Of a stretch of DNA of 64,000 nucleotides, positions 25,751 through 38,075 are shown one piece after another; within the stretch, counting starts at the first letter, position 1, and every line of letters begins with the position of its first letter. Origin of the DNA: Azotobacter chroococcum (GTDB lineage: Bacteria > Pseudomonadota > Gammaproteobacteria > Pseudomonadales > Pseudomonadaceae); assembly GCF_004339665.1 (NCBI RefSeq), contig NZ_SMMU01000012.1:13194-77193 (forward strand). The letters are read 5' to 3'. The position numbers were made by a program, and so were the translations under genes. The notes under the pieces were generated by a model. The model was not told where the DNA came from, did not search any database, and saw only the letters and a list, made by a program, of their open reading frames with translations.

Positions 25751-27636
25751 CTATGCCGCCGTGCGCCGCCGCCCGGCCAGCCAGCTGCGCCCGTAGAGCA
25801 CGGCAATGACCGCCACGACCAGCGCCTGAGCCGTCAGCGTCAGGCTATCGGCATGGATGCCCAGCCACTCGAGCTCGAAGAAGGCCACCGGATGCAGATC
25901 CAGCACGCCCGCCTCCTGCAGCGCGGCAACGCCATGTCCGGCGAACACCACCGAGAGCAGGCAGAGCAGCGCCGCGTTGATGCCGAAGAAGAGCGACAGC
26001 GGCAGCCGGCGCGAGCCACGCAGGATCACCCAGGCCAGTGCGACGAGCAGCGCCAGACCGCAACCGGCGCCGGCCAGGACCATGCCGTGGCCGGCAGGCC
26101 CAGCCTGCAGCCAGAGGGTCTGGTAGAACAGGATGACCTCGAACAGCTCGCGGTAGATGGCGAAGAACGCCAGCACGGCGAAGCCCAGGCGTCCACCGCC
26201 ACCGACCAGGCTGTTCTGGATGTAATCCTGCCAGCTCGCCACATGACGACGGTCATGCATCCACACACCGACCCAGAGCAGCACCACGCTGGCGAACAAC
26301 GCGGTCGAGCCCTCCAGCAATTCGCGCTGGGCGCCGCTGACGTCGATCACGTAGGCCGCCAGTGCCCAGGTCGCGATGCCGGCCAGCAGGGCCAGCCCCC
26401 AGCCGACATGCACGCTGCGCAGCGCCTGCTGCTGCCCGGTGTTGCGCAGGTAGGCGATGATCGCCGCCAGCACCAGGATCGCCTCCAGGCCCTCGCGCAG
26501 CAGGATCAGCAGGCTGGACAGGAAGGTCAGCGAACCCGACATGCCTCCGCCGGCGAGCAACGCGGCACTCTCCACCAGCTCGTCCTGAGCGGCCTCCAGG
26601 CGTTGCTCCATGGCCTCGAGGGGCAGGGAGTCCTGCAAACCCTGACGGTAGCTCAGGAGCACCCGCTCGGTGGCCTTGCGCTGCTCCGGGTCGAGGTTGT
26701 TCAGGGCGTCCTCGACCAGCTCGAAGCCCTCCAGATAGGCGGTCACCGACAGGTCGTAGGCCTCCTGCCGGTGACCGACGCGGTATTCCGCCAGGCTCTG
26801 GTTGAGGGTGTCGCGGGCCGAGTCGATCAACTGCTGCGCGCTGCGCTGCGGGAACGGCGGCTGCGCGCGCTGGGCACGGAAGGCCGCGACGGCCTCGGCC
26901 CCCTGCTCCGCCGCCACCTGCTCGGGGGTCAGGCCGACCAGTTGCGCCAGGCTGAAGGACGGCCCGGTCGCTCCCGAAGCGGCACTGAAGCTGGCGACAT
27001 AACTGGCCAGGTCCCAGCGCTGGCGCTCGTCCAGCTGGGCGGCGTAGCCGGTCATGCCGGTGCCCTCGACGCCGAGGGTGATGGTGTTGAACTGATCGTG
27101 CAGGCTCAGGCGGTCCATCCGCGCCGCATCGCGCAGGTTGGACGGCGGCGGCTGCAGTCCGGCTCCGGCCGGGCCGTCGCCGGCACCCTCGGCCCCGTGG
27201 CAGGCGCTGCAGTACTGGGCATAGAGGGGTGCGGCCCGCGCCGGGTCGGGGGTGACCCGCGGGACCAGGCTGACCTGATAGGTCTCGGCCAAGGCGGCGG
27301 CCAGCTGGCGCGCCTGGACGGCCACCAGGGTACCCTCGCGGCGCTGGCGGATGTTCTCGCCCAGCTCGGCAACGCCCTGCATCAGCTTGTCCTTGCCACT
27401 GCGTTCCGGCAGGGCGGCGACCAGCTCCTGCAGGACGCCCTGGAACTCCAGCTGCTCCTCGTACTCGCTGCTGTCGATCACCTGTCCGCCGGCCACGGTG
27501 GCCGGGTAGTCGGCGCCCAGATAGCCGAGCAGATGCAGGGCGCGGGCCATGCCCTGAGGCTCGGCCTGGGCGATCAGGCAACTCAGCGCCAGCAACGGCA
27601 GCAGCAGCCAGCTCAGAAAACGCTTGCGGATAAACA
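25751..27636 (-). CDS. cytochrome c / FTR1 family high-affinity iron permease fusion
   Basis: MFIRKRFLSWLLLPLLALSCLIAQA signal peptide. CSACHG heme-binding motif. C-terminal FTR1-type polytopic region with REGLE-like motifs (LREGLEAILV, YRELFEVILF). ~628 aa from the ATG at 27636. Confidence 0.85.
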
Positions 27637-27637
27637 T

Positions 27638-27665
27638 GGCAAATCCAAATGAGAATGAATCCGCC
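27638..27665 (-). promoter_or_regulatory. candidate Fur box overlapping the FTR1 permease translation start region (AATCCAAATGAGAATGAATC)
   Basis: AATGAGAATGAAT matches the Fur consensus AATGATAATCATT at 10/13 positions. Iron permease genes are commonly Fur-repressed. Confidence 0.35.
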
Positions 27666-27740
27666 CGAATTGTTACCCTCCTAACGTTTTCCCTCAAGCA
27701 CCGATCCCGATGACTGGCGCGGCAATTTGCCGCAAGCATC

Positions 27741-28373
27741 TCAGCCCGGAGTACGGCGCACCAGTGCCAGGAGCCCGGCGGCAGCGACGAAAAAGCCAGC
27801 GAAGGTCCGGTTGAGCAGGCGCTGCTGGCGCGGCGAGCGCAGCAGACGCAGGACTCTTGCCGCCAGCCCGGTATAGCCGGCCATGACCAGCAGGTCGACG
27901 CCGATCATGGTTGCCGCCATCACCAGGTACTGCACCAGGAGCGGCCGCGCCGGATCGAGAAACTGCGGCAATACGGCAAGGATGAAGACGATCGCCTTGG
28001 GGTTGCCGGCGTTGACCAGAAAGCCGCGCAGCATCAGGGCGAGCGGCCGCTCCGGCCGGCGCGGGGCACGCTCGGCAGCCAGTTCGTCGACCGGCGCCTG
28101 CCACTGCCGCCAGCCCAGATACGCCAGATAGGCCACGCCGAACCACTTGATCAGGCCGAAGGCCAGCTCCGAGGTCGCCAGCAACGCGCCGAGCCCGGCG
28201 GCGACGACGGCGATCTGCAGCGCCAGCGCCAGCTGCAGGCCGACGGCGTTCCAGTAGCCACGGCGAAAGCCGTGATTCAGACCGCTGGACATCGAGGCGA
28301 TGGCGCCGGCACCGGGCGACAGGCTGATCACCCAGCAGGCGGCAAAGTAGGCAAGCCAGGTTTCCAGGGCCAC
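27741..28373 (-). CDS. LysE family amino-acid/metabolite exporter
   Basis: (M)ALETWLAYFAACWVISLSPGAGAIASMSSGLNHGFRRGYWNAVGLQ... ~210 aa, 6 predicted TM segments. GTG start with GGAGAG RBS. Confidence 0.8.
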   Translation of the reverse strand: MALETWLAYFAACWVISLSPGAGAIASMSSGLNHGFRRGYWNAVGLQLALALQIAVVAAGLGALLATSELAFGLIKWFGVAYLAYLGWRQWQAPVDELAAERAPRRPERPLALMLRGFLVNAGNPKAIVFILAVLPQFLDPARPLLVQYLVMAATMIGVDLLVMAGYTGLAARVLRLLRSPRQQRLLNRTFAGFFVAAAGLLALVRRTPG

Positions 28374-28493
28374 GGGCGGACTCTCCGGCAGGAAAGGTTG
28401 GAAACGACGCCGACCCATCACGGGCCGGCGGTACTGCAGTCGATCAGGCAAGACAGCGCAGCACACCTGCGCACCCGCGGCACGCAGCCGGAC

Positions 28494-29252
28494 TCAGTCC
28501 GGCAGATCCTTGTGCAGCTTCACCGGCTCGCTGAGCTTGCGCTTCATCGCGGTACGCACGCGGATGTTGAGCGCCTCGACGGCCAGGGAGAAAGCCATGG
28601 CGAAGTAGACGTAGCCCTTGGGCACGTGCACCTCGAAGGACTCGGCGACCAGCAGGGTGCCGACCACGATGAGGAACGACAGGGCGAGGATCTTCAGCGA
28701 CGGGTGCTTCTCGATGAACTCGCTGATGGTGCCGGCGGCCATCATCATCACCAGCACGGCGATGACGATCGCGGCGATCATCACCGGCACGTTCTGTACC
28801 AGGCCGACCGCGGTGATCACCGAGTCCAGCGAGAAGATGATATCGATCACCGCGATCTGCAGGATCACGCCCATGAATCCGGCCTTCTTGGCGCCACCTT
28901 CGTGGCCGGTCTCCTCCTCGCCCTCGACGCTGTGCCAGATCTCGAGGGTGCTCTTGAACAAGAGGAACAGGCCGCCGAAGAACAGGATCAGGTCACGGCC
29001 GGACACGCCCTGGCCGAGCACGCTGAACAGGTCGGTGGTCAGGCGCATCACCCAGGCGATCGACAGCAGTAGCAGGATGCGCGTAGCCATGGCCAGCGCC
29101 AGGCCGAAGAAGCGCGCCCTGGGCTGCTGCTCCTTCGGCAAGCGGCCGACCAGGATCGAGATGAAGATGATGTTGTCGATGCCGAGGACGATTTCCAGGG
29201 CGGTCAGGGTGAGAAAGGCGACCCAGATCTCCGGGTTGCTGAGCCACTCCAT
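28494..29252 (-). CDS. TerC family membrane protein
   Basis: 252 aa, MEWLSNPEIWVAFLTLTALEIVLGIDNIIFISILVGRLP... TerC signature. Confidence 0.9.
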   Translation of the reverse strand: MEWLSNPEIWVAFLTLTALEIVLGIDNIIFISILVGRLPKEQQPRARFFGLALAMATRILLLLSIAWVMRLTTDLFSVLGQGVSGRDLILFFGGLFLLFKSTLEIWHSVEGEEETGHEGGAKKAGFMGVILQIAVIDIIFSLDSVITAVGLVQNVPVMIAAIVIAVLVMMMAAGTISEFIEKHPSLKILALSFLIVVGTLLVAESFEVHVPKGYVYFAMAFSLAVEALNIRVRTAMKRKLSEPVKLHKDLPD

Positions 29253-29314
29253 TTGAGGCTACCTCTCGCTGTGGGGATGGTTGCGGAAAGTCTGGCCCAT
29301 ATTGCAGCCGGCGC

Positions 29315-31224
<1,910 letters not shown>

Positions 31225-31274
31225 TGATGGCGGCGGAGTTTATCAGCTTCGCACGCACCGCGGAGGGACACGGC

Positions 31275-31733
31275 ATGCCGCTCGACCTGCGGGCCTTCGC
31301 CCTGCAGTTGTACCAACGCCCCGGCATCGAGGCCGCCTGCCTGGATTTGCAGGCACAGGGCGCAGATGTCTGCCTGCTACTCTGCGGCGCTTGGCTGGAG
31401 GCGCGCGGCGTGGACTGCACGGCCTGGCGCTGCGCCGAGCTGCGGCAACTGGCGCAGCCCTGGCAGGCGACGGTGATCGCACCGCTGCGGCGGCTGCGCC
31501 AGGACTGGCGCCCGGCCGCCCGCGGCGACGCCGTGCTGGCCGAGCTGCGGGAGCGACTGAAGGCACTGGAGCTGGATGCCGAGTGGGCGCTGCTGCAACG
31601 CCTGGAAACGGCCTGCCGCGACTGGCCGGCAGAGCCCGGCGCCGCGCAAGCCTGGCTGGAAGCCCTGACGGATACGGCAGCAGCCTGCCGCGAGGCGCTC
31701 GGAACCCTGCGCGCCGCGGCACGCGCGGATTAG
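31275..31733 (+). CDS. conserved hypothetical protein (TIGR02444/DUF2390-like)
   Basis: 152 aa from the ATG with GGAGGG RBS. MPLDLRAFALQLYQRPGIEAACLDLQAQGADVCLLLCGAWLEARG... Family assignment is from memory only. Confidence 0.55.
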   Translation: MPLDLRAFALQLYQRPGIEAACLDLQAQGADVCLLLCGAWLEARGVDCTAWRCAELRQLAQPWQATVIAPLRRLRQDWRPAARGDAVLAELRERLKALELDAEWALLQRLETACRDWPAEPGAAQAWLEALTDTAAACREALGTLRAAARAD

Positions 31734-32416
31734 GAGGCGCTCGGCTCGTCCGCTGCGGACGCGGCGCTCGCCGCGACGGATTCGGCCTTGCTGGAGGCCG
31801 GCGCTGCGGAACGGCTGCGCCGTGCCGCCGGCTTGCGGGGCGCGGCAGCCGGCTTGGCAGGCTGCTCGGCCGCGGCTGCCGGGCTCGGCGTGCGCTTGGC
31901 CGGAGCCGTCGCCTCGCCGGCCGCCGCGGCCGGCTTGGCGCGGCGGGAAGCAGCAGGCTTGCGAGCCGCCGCTTTCGGGGCAGGCTTGCTCTGCGGCTGG
32001 GCGGCCGGCGGCGTTCCGGGAGCCATCAGCGTCCGGGCAGCAGCTTCCCTCACCTGGGCAACGCCCTGCGCCAGCTCCAGCGCCTGCAGGGTGTCATGAC
32101 GCAGCCGGACGATATAGTCGCGGGTTTCCGCCTGGCGCGCCTTGAGCTCGTCGAGCAGCGGCTCCAGTTCGTCGACCGCCTTCCGGCCCCTGACCTGAGC
32201 CTTGGCCTTGCCGGCCAGGGCCGCATCCTGCAGCTTCGCGCGCGCCTCGTGCAGTTTTTCCTGGACCTTGCTGCGCTGCTTTTCCAGCTTGGCCAGCGCC
32301 TTCTCCGCATCCTGCAAAGCCTGGGTACAGGCCTCCTCCAGATGGACGAGCAGACTCTGCGAAAGCTGCTGCAGCAGGTGCAACGGGGTTGTGACAGGGG
32401 GTTTCTTGGTCGACAT
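31730..32416 (-). CDS. algP: histone H1-like AlgP-type protein with C-terminal KPAA(A) repeats
   Basis: MSTKKPPVTTPLHLLQQLSQSLLVHLEEACTQALQDAEKALAKLEK... coiled-coil N-terminal domain, then a tail ...KPAPKAAARKPAASRRAKPAAAAGE...AKPAAAPRKPAARR... 228 aa. Next to algQ as in P. aeruginosa. Confidence 0.8.
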   Translation of the reverse strand: MSTKKPPVTTPLHLLQQLSQSLLVHLEEACTQALQDAEKALAKLEKQRSKVQEKLHEARAKLQDAALAGKAKAQVRGRKAVDELEPLLDELKARQAETRDYIVRLRHDTLQALELAQGVAQVREAAARTLMAPGTPPAAQPQSKPAPKAAARKPAASRRAKPAAAAGEATAPAKRTPSPAAAAEQPAKPAAAPRKPAARRSRSAAPASSKAESVAASAASAADEPSAS

Positions 32417-32562
32417 GACTGCTCCTAGCGAAGGGACTCCATCCATACTAACCACCCACCTCACAGCCGCCAACGAGCAACGAGGCCGGCGCTGGCGGCG
32501 GACTCCGGACAGGAACCCGAGCCGCTGCGGCAAGCAAGGCGGCCTGCTGCCGGGGAAAGGGA

Positions 32563-33030
32563 TCAGGCGCTGGCGGCGATCTGCCGGTGCGCGTTGTGCA
32601 GCACCTCGATCAGGCAGTCTTCCAGCTCGAAGCGTTCACGCAACAGGCTGCCGAGCGTCTCGAACTCGTGACTCAGGGAACCGTCCTGGCAATCGCCGTT
32701 GTCGCAACGGTCGTTGAAGGCCAGCGCCGCCTGGGTGATCGCCTCGAGACGGGGATAGATCTGCCGGGCCAGATCGAGTCCGCGTCGGTCGCCGAAGGAT
32801 TCGGCCTCGCTCATCAGTTGCTCGTAGACCTCGAAATGCCCTGCGGAAACGTAATCGACCAGCAGCTCGCAGAAAACCTGCAGGGCTTCGGCATTGATCA
32901 CGGGGGCCGGCTGCTGGTGCTTGATGGTCCCGAAGGCATCGGCCAGCGCGCGTCGCTCGACCAGCCAGCGATCGATCAGGAGATGGACACCGCCCCAGCG
33001 TTCCTGGGCGTCTTGATGAATGACAGGCAT
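32563..33030 (-). CDS. algQ: Rsd/AlgQ family anti-sigma-70 regulator
   Basis: 155 aa, [39 protein letters not shown]... Rsd/AlgQ. Confidence 0.85.
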   Translation of the reverse strand: MPVIHQDAQERWGGVHLLIDRWLVERRALADAFGTIKHQQPAPVINAEALQVFCELLVDYVSAGHFEVYEQLMSEAESFGDRRGLDLARQIYPRLEAITQAALAFNDRCDNGDCQDGSLSHEFETLGSLLRERFELEDCLIEVLHNAHRQIAASA

Positions 33031-33233
33031 GGTCTGGCTTCCCTACGTTGTTTTGTTTTTCTAACCCCGGCGGGGCTCGCTATCGGTGCATCCGGCGTGG
33101 GAGGGTTCGATCGGACGACAGGATCGACTGACACATGCCGGCAGAGTATGCCCGTCGCGCCGTGCCAGCAAGCCATGCGCCGACGAAAGTTCATACGCTT
33201 GTTCGAGGCGCCAGGCGGGCGCCCCGGGGGAGA

Positions 33234-33725
33234 TCAGACGCGACGCAACAGTTGGAACAGGGCGAACAGGATCATCGCGACGAACGCCAGCAGGCTCCAT
33301 TCCGGCAGGCTCATGCCGAACAGCGTCCAGCCGACCTCGGCGCAGTCGGCCGTGCCATGCAGGACCTGGCGGACGATTTCCTGGAACGGCAGTGCCTCCA
33401 TCATGTATTCCAGGCTGGGCAGGCAGGACGGCAGCTGCTCCGGCGGAATGTTCTGCAGCCAGACCTGGCGCCCGGCGGTAGCCGCCCCACCCAGCGCGGC
33501 GAACAGGGCGAAGCCGGCATACAGCCGCCGGCCGAGCAGCGCCGGCCCATGCAGCGCGGCGACCAGACAGACCAGTCCGAAGAGGATGACGAAGATGCGC
33601 TGCACGATGCACAGAGGACAGGGATCCAGGCCGACCCCATGCTCCAGGTAGAGCGCACCGCCGAGCAGCGCGAGACTAGCGAGAAAGGCGAGAAGAAAGA
33701 GGGAACGTGGGCTGGCCAGGCTCAT
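33234..33725 (-). CDS. dsbB: disulfide bond formation protein B
   Basis: 163 aa, ...LDPCPLCIVQRIF... and a second Cys pair (CAEVGWTLFG), 4 TM segments. Confidence 0.9.
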   Translation of the reverse strand: MSLASPRSLFLLAFLASLALLGGALYLEHGVGLDPCPLCIVQRIFVILFGLVCLVAALHGPALLGRRLYAGFALFAALGGAATAGRQVWLQNIPPEQLPSCLPSLEYMMEALPFQEIVRQVLHGTADCAEVGWTLFGMSLPEWSLLAFVAMILFALFQLLRRV

Positions 33726-33858
33726 GGCTGCTCCGAGTCGAAGACAAGGGCGCTACGGTAGAGGAAAGCGCCCCGGGCTTTCAAGGTACGAAAGCTCTAG
33801 GGCGCTCGATTCGTGCAGAGCCCGACAGTTGCCCGCACGAAGGGGAACGCGGCCGCCC

Positions 33859-35088
33859 TCAGGGGGTGGCCGGCTCGGACAGCGCAGGCAGCCGGTCGAG
33901 CTTCAGCCCTTCCTGGAACAGCCGGTTGCTGTGCTCGGTTTCGCCCAACTGGGCCAGCAGGCGCGCCAGCTCGGCACAGGTTTCGGCGCTGCGGCTGAGG
34001 GCCAGGCTGGCCTCCAGGTATTCCCGCGCCTTGTCGAACTGCTCGTTGACCAGGCTCAGGCGGCCGAGAGTCAGCAGCAGCAGCGGATCTTCCGGCTGCT
34101 TCTCCAGCAGGCTCTGGGCCAGATGCAGCTGGCGCGACGGGTCGCTGCTGCGTATCTGGCCGTAGAGATAGGCCAGACGATCCTCGTAGTGCTGCTTGAG
34201 GGCTGCACGCAGGACCGCCTCGGCCTCGTCCTCCGAACCCAGCTCGCGCAGACGGGTGGCGTAGGCATAGAGCAGGCCGGCATCGTGCTGCAGCGACGAA
34301 GGCATCTGGCTCCAGCAGCCGGTCACCAGACTGCGGGCGGTTTCGCCCGCCTTCAGTTCGCCCTTGCCGGCCCGCTCCAGAGCCGCGGCCCAGGTCAGGT
34401 GCTCCAGATCGTCCAGCTTGTCGGCCGGCAGCACGCGGCGCTTGCGCAGCGTGGGCAGCAGCTGGCACAGCGCCGACCAGTCCTGCAGTTGGACGTAGAG
34501 TTTCTGCAGCAGGCCCAGGACATAGGCATGCTGGGGGTGATCCGCGTGCAGCTGTTGCAGGACGGCCAGCGCCGGCTGGTATTCGCCGCGGTCGATCAAC
34601 AGGCGGGCCTGGGTCAGGCCGATGGCGACCTCCGCCTTCGGCTCGCGCTCGCGGGCCTGGCGCAGCAGGTCGTCGCTCTGGGCGTACTCGCCCAGCTCGT
34701 TGGCCGCCCGCGCGGCGCCCAGGTAGTGCACCAGCGGCTGCTGGTCGCTGGCCGCGGCCCGGCCCAGCTGACGCAGCGCCTGCTCCCAGTTGCCCTCGGC
34801 CAGATCGCGCTGCCCGTGCAGGGCGGCCTGGCGGGCGCGCCGGTTGCGGTTGCGCTGCGACCAGGGCAGCACCACGCCGGCCGAAGCGGCGACCAGGCCG
34901 ACCGCCCAGCGCAGCACGAAGAAGGCGACGCCCAGCACCATCAGCAGGCCGAGGAAGACCCAGAGGCTGGACTCGAAACGGTAGCCCTTGTAGGCGAACA
35001 GCACGTAGCCCGGATGCTCGGCGATCGCCATGCCGAGCAGGACGGCGCCGGCGATGACTGCCAGCAGGAGCAGATAGAGACGGCTCAT
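33859..35088 (-). CDS. hemY: heme biosynthesis-associated TPR protein HemY
   Basis: 409 aa. Two N-terminal TM helices followed by TPR-like repeats. Lies downstream of hemX. Confidence 0.85.
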   Translation of the reverse strand: MSRLYLLLLAVIAGAVLLGMAIAEHPGYVLFAYKGYRFESSLWVFLGLLMVLGVAFFVLRWAVGLVAASAGVVLPWSQRNRNRRARQAALHGQRDLAEGNWEQALRQLGRAAASDQQPLVHYLGAARAANELGEYAQSDDLLRQAREREPKAEVAIGLTQARLLIDRGEYQPALAVLQQLHADHPQHAYVLGLLQKLYVQLQDWSALCQLLPTLRKRRVLPADKLDDLEHLTWAAALERAGKGELKAGETARSLVTGCWSQMPSSLQHDAGLLYAYATRLRELGSEDEAEAVLRAALKQHYEDRLAYLYGQIRSSDPSRQLHLAQSLLEKQPEDPLLLLTLGRLSLVNEQFDKAREYLEASLALSRSAETCAELARLLAQLGETEHSNRLFQEGLKLDRLPALSEPATP

Positions 35089-36203
35089 TGACGGGTGCCC
35101 TCCTTCTTCGTGGAGGCGGCGGCAGCCTCGGCCTCTTCACGCTGCGCCTGACGGCGCTGCAGATAGTTCTGCAGCGCGCTCACGGTCGGCGACAGGTCGG
35201 GCATCTGCAGCGCCACCGGCTGCCTGGACAGCTCGGTCAGGCGTTTGCCGAGGGCGGCGCTCTGCGGATGATCCGGATTGAACTGGCCGGCCAGCACTTC
35301 CTGGGCCTGCTGCAGCGCCTGCCGGTAAACTTCGGGAGAGGCATTCAGCACCGCCCACTGGGCCTGCTCCAGGGCCAGCGCCAGGGTCAGGTGGACCTGC
35401 GCCAGGTTCTGTCCGCTCAGCAGCGGGCGGATGTCCTGATCGGCGTGCAGGTCGACGCGCACGAAGCGGGAGACCTTTTCCCACAGTTGCTGCCAGCGGT
35501 CGGCGACGAGCGGCGCCTGCTCCTGCTCGTAGATCGGCGCCAGCGGCTTGAGCTGGGCAGCCTGCTCGCGCAGCGCACCGAGGCTCAGGAAGAGGCCGAT
35601 GCGATCCGGCGGAGTCAGGCTGCGCAGGGCTTCCAGACTGCGCGCCAGCACCTGGCGCACCGGGAAGGAAGCCGGATCGTCCTGCTCGCGCAGGATGCCG
35701 TCGGCCGCCTCGAGCAGATGGCGGGCGCTGTTGATGTCCTGCATGGCCGTCAGACGCAGGTTGGCCAGGCGCAGCAGGTATTCGGCCTCGGCCAGCCGCC
35801 AGTCCTCGCGGCTAGCGCCGGTCAGCTTGTCGAGCCGCTGGACGAGCTTCTCCTGGCCGCTCTCCAGCATGGACATGGTGCGCCAGCGCTCCTCCAACTC
35901 GGAACGCGCCGCGAACTGCGACAGGCGGCCGGTGATGCTCCGCTCGCTCTGCTTCAGGGCATCCATCTGGCTGCTCAGGGCGGCCTCGAAGCGGCTGCTC
36001 TGCACCAGCTCGCCGGCCTGCATCTCGCGCAGCTGCCAGAGGCCCCAGCCGCCGAGACCCGCGCCGCCGGCGCCGATCAGCAGGGCCAGGACGGCCACGG
36101 TGCCGGAGACTCCGCCGCCACCCTTGGCGGTCGGGGCGGGCGCGGCGAGCGGTTGTTCATTGTTGTTGTTCGTAGGAGTGTTCGGGGGGGCTGCTTCGCT
36201 CAC
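35085..36203 (-). CDS. hemX: HemX family protein (uroporphyrinogen-III C-methyltransferase-like membrane protein)
   Basis: (M)SEAAPPNTPTNNNNEQPLAAPAPTAKGGGGVSGTVAVLALLIGAGGAG... followed by a coiled-coil region. GTG start at 36203 with GAAGGA RBS chosen over the longer ATG ORF. Confidence 0.75.
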   Translation of the reverse strand: MSEAAPPNTPTNNNNEQPLAAPAPTAKGGGGVSGTVAVLALLIGAGGAGLGGWGLWQLREMQAGELVQSSRFEAALSSQMDALKQSERSITGRLSQFAARSELEERWRTMSMLESGQEKLVQRLDKLTGASREDWRLAEAEYLLRLANLRLTAMQDINSARHLLEAADGILREQDDPASFPVRQVLARSLEALRSLTPPDRIGLFLSLGALREQAAQLKPLAPIYEQEQAPLVADRWQQLWEKVSRFVRVDLHADQDIRPLLSGQNLAQVHLTLALALEQAQWAVLNASPEVYRQALQQAQEVLAGQFNPDHPQSAALGKRLTELSRQPVALQMPDLSPTVSALQNYLQRRQAQREEAEAAAASTKKEGTRQ

Positions 36204-36219
36204 GTATACATCCTTCGGG

Positions 36220-37008
36220 TCAAAAGGTCGGCGCTGGGCGGCCCTGGAGCGCGGCCAGCAAGGCAGTGGCACTGGCGCCATGGCAGTCCACGACAGTCTG
36301 GAATCCCGCCGCACGGGCCATTTCGGCGACCCGCGGACTCGGCACGAACAAGGGTATCCGAAGCAGTGCCGGCCAGTCAGCCGCCGCCAGCTGGCGCAGA
36401 TGCTCGAATCCTTGCCCGCTGCTGATCTGCAGGCCGTTCAGGCGCCCCATGCGGATCCGCTCGAGCAGGGTGCCGGGCGGGTAGTCCGGCAGGGTGCGCC
36501 GGTAGAGTTCGACATGATCGACGGGCAGCCCCCGGCTGTGCAACGAGTCGGCAATGAGTTCGCGACCGCCCTCCCCGCGCAGGATCAGCACCCGCGGCCG
36601 GAGCACGGCCAGCGCTGCGGCCAGCTCGGGCAGCGCCAGCAGCGCCTCGCTGTCCTCGCCGGCGGTCGGCCAGACGGCCCTCAGGCCGTAGTCGGCGAGG
36701 ATCTCGCCGGTCGCCGCGCCGACGCCGAACCAGCACTGGTTCGCCGGCGGCTGCGGCCAGTAGCGGTCGAGCAGCTCCAAGCCCAGGCGGGCGGCGGGCT
36801 TGCTGACCACGATGACCGCGCTGTAGCGATCCAGGTCGAGAAACAGACTGCGCAGTTCCGGGGTTTCCGCCAGCGGCTCGATGGCCAGCAGCGGCAGGCT
36901 GCTGCCGTGGATGCCCTCCTCGGCCAGGCGGCCGGCCAGGGCGGCGCACTCCTCGGCCGGACGGGTGAGCAGCAGACGCCATCCATTGGAGTCCGGCCGC
37001 ACCGTCAT
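36220..37008 (-). CDS. hemD: uroporphyrinogen-III synthase
   Basis: [46 protein letters not shown]... 263 aa. The ATG overlaps the hemC stop (ATGA). Confidence 0.85.
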   Translation of the reverse strand: MTVRPDSNGWRLLLTRPAEECAALAGRLAEEGIHGSSLPLLAIEPLAETPELRSLFLDLDRYSAVIVVSKPAARLGLELLDRYWPQPPANQCWFGVGAATGEILADYGLRAVWPTAGEDSEALLALPELAAALAVLRPRVLILRGEGGRELIADSLHSRGLPVDHVELYRRTLPDYPPGTLLERIRMGRLNGLQISSGQGFEHLRQLAAADWPALLRIPLFVPSPRVAEMARAAGFQTVVDCHGASATALLAALQGRPAPTF

Positions 37009-37943
37009 GGCCGCTCGCTCTCGCCGTAGACCGCCGCCAGAATCCGCTGCGCGCCCTGGGCCAGCAGCGCCTCGGCCACCCGCACGCCGAGCGCCTCGGC
37101 CTCGCCGCTGGGGGCACGCTCTTCGGCGCGCAGCAGCAGGCTGCCGTCCGGCTGGCCGACCAGACCGCGCAGCCACAGCTGGTCGCCCTCCAGCTCGGCA
37201 TAGCAGGCGATGGGCACCTGGCAGCCGCCGTTGAGGCGCTTGTTCAGCGCACGTTCGGCGCCGACCCGCAGGGCAGTCGGCTCATGGTTGAGCGGCGCGA
37301 GCAGCGCCTGGATCTCGCGGTCGGCGCTGCGGCACTCGATGCCCACCGCACCCTGCCCGCCGGCCGGCAGGCTGTCGGCGACGGCGATGCGGGAGCGGAT
37401 GCGCGCCTCGAAGCCGAGGCGGATCAGCCCGGCGGCGGCGAGGATGATGGCGTCGTACTCGCCAGCATCCAGCTTGGCCAGACGGGTATTCACATTGCCG
37501 CGCAGGAACTGGATCTTCAGGTCGGGGCGGCGCGCGAGCAGCTGGGCTTGGCGGCGCAGGCTGGAGGTGCCGACCACGCTGCCGGCCGGCAGTGCGTCGA
37601 GACTGGCAAAGGCGTTGGAAACGAAGGCGTCGCGCGGATCCTCGCGTTCGCAGATGCAGTACAGGCCGAGCCCCTCGGGGAACTCCATCGGCACGTCCTT
37701 CATCGAGTGCACGGCGATGTCGGCTTCGTTCTCCAGCAGGGCGGTTTCCAGCTCCTTGACGAACAGCCCCTTGCCGCCGATCTTCGCCAGCGGCGCGTCG
37801 AGCAGCTTGTCGCCGCGGCTGACCATCGGCACCAGGCTGACCACCAGCCCCGGGTGGGCCTGTTCCAGACGCGCCTTGACGTGTTCGGCCTGCCACAGGG
37901 CCAGGGCACTCTTGCGGGTGGCGATGCGGATCTCGCGGGACAT
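37005..37943 (-). CDS. hemC: hydroxymethylbilane synthase (porphobilinogen deaminase)
   Basis: [46 protein letters not shown]... 312 aa. Confidence 0.95.
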   Translation of the reverse strand: MSREIRIATRKSALALWQAEHVKARLEQAHPGLVVSLVPMVSRGDKLLDAPLAKIGGKGLFVKELETALLENEADIAVHSMKDVPMEFPEGLGLYCICEREDPRDAFVSNAFASLDALPAGSVVGTSSLRRQAQLLARRPDLKIQFLRGNVNTRLAKLDAGEYDAIILAAAGLIRLGFEARIRSRIAVADSLPAGGQGAVGIECRSADREIQALLAPLNHEPTALRVGAERALNKRLNGGCQVPIACYAELEGDQLWLRGLVGQPDGSLLLRAEERAPSGEAEALGVRVAEALLAQGAQRILAAVYGESERP

Positions 37944-38075
37944 GGGGCATTCCAGAACGACGGAGTGCTGGGGATGATAGCAGGATCGGGCTGAAAGCTG
38001 GGCAGTCCTGCCCATGGGGGACATGCCGTCCATGCGCGGTGATGGCGGCAGGCCTCCCGGCCGGCCGGACGAACC

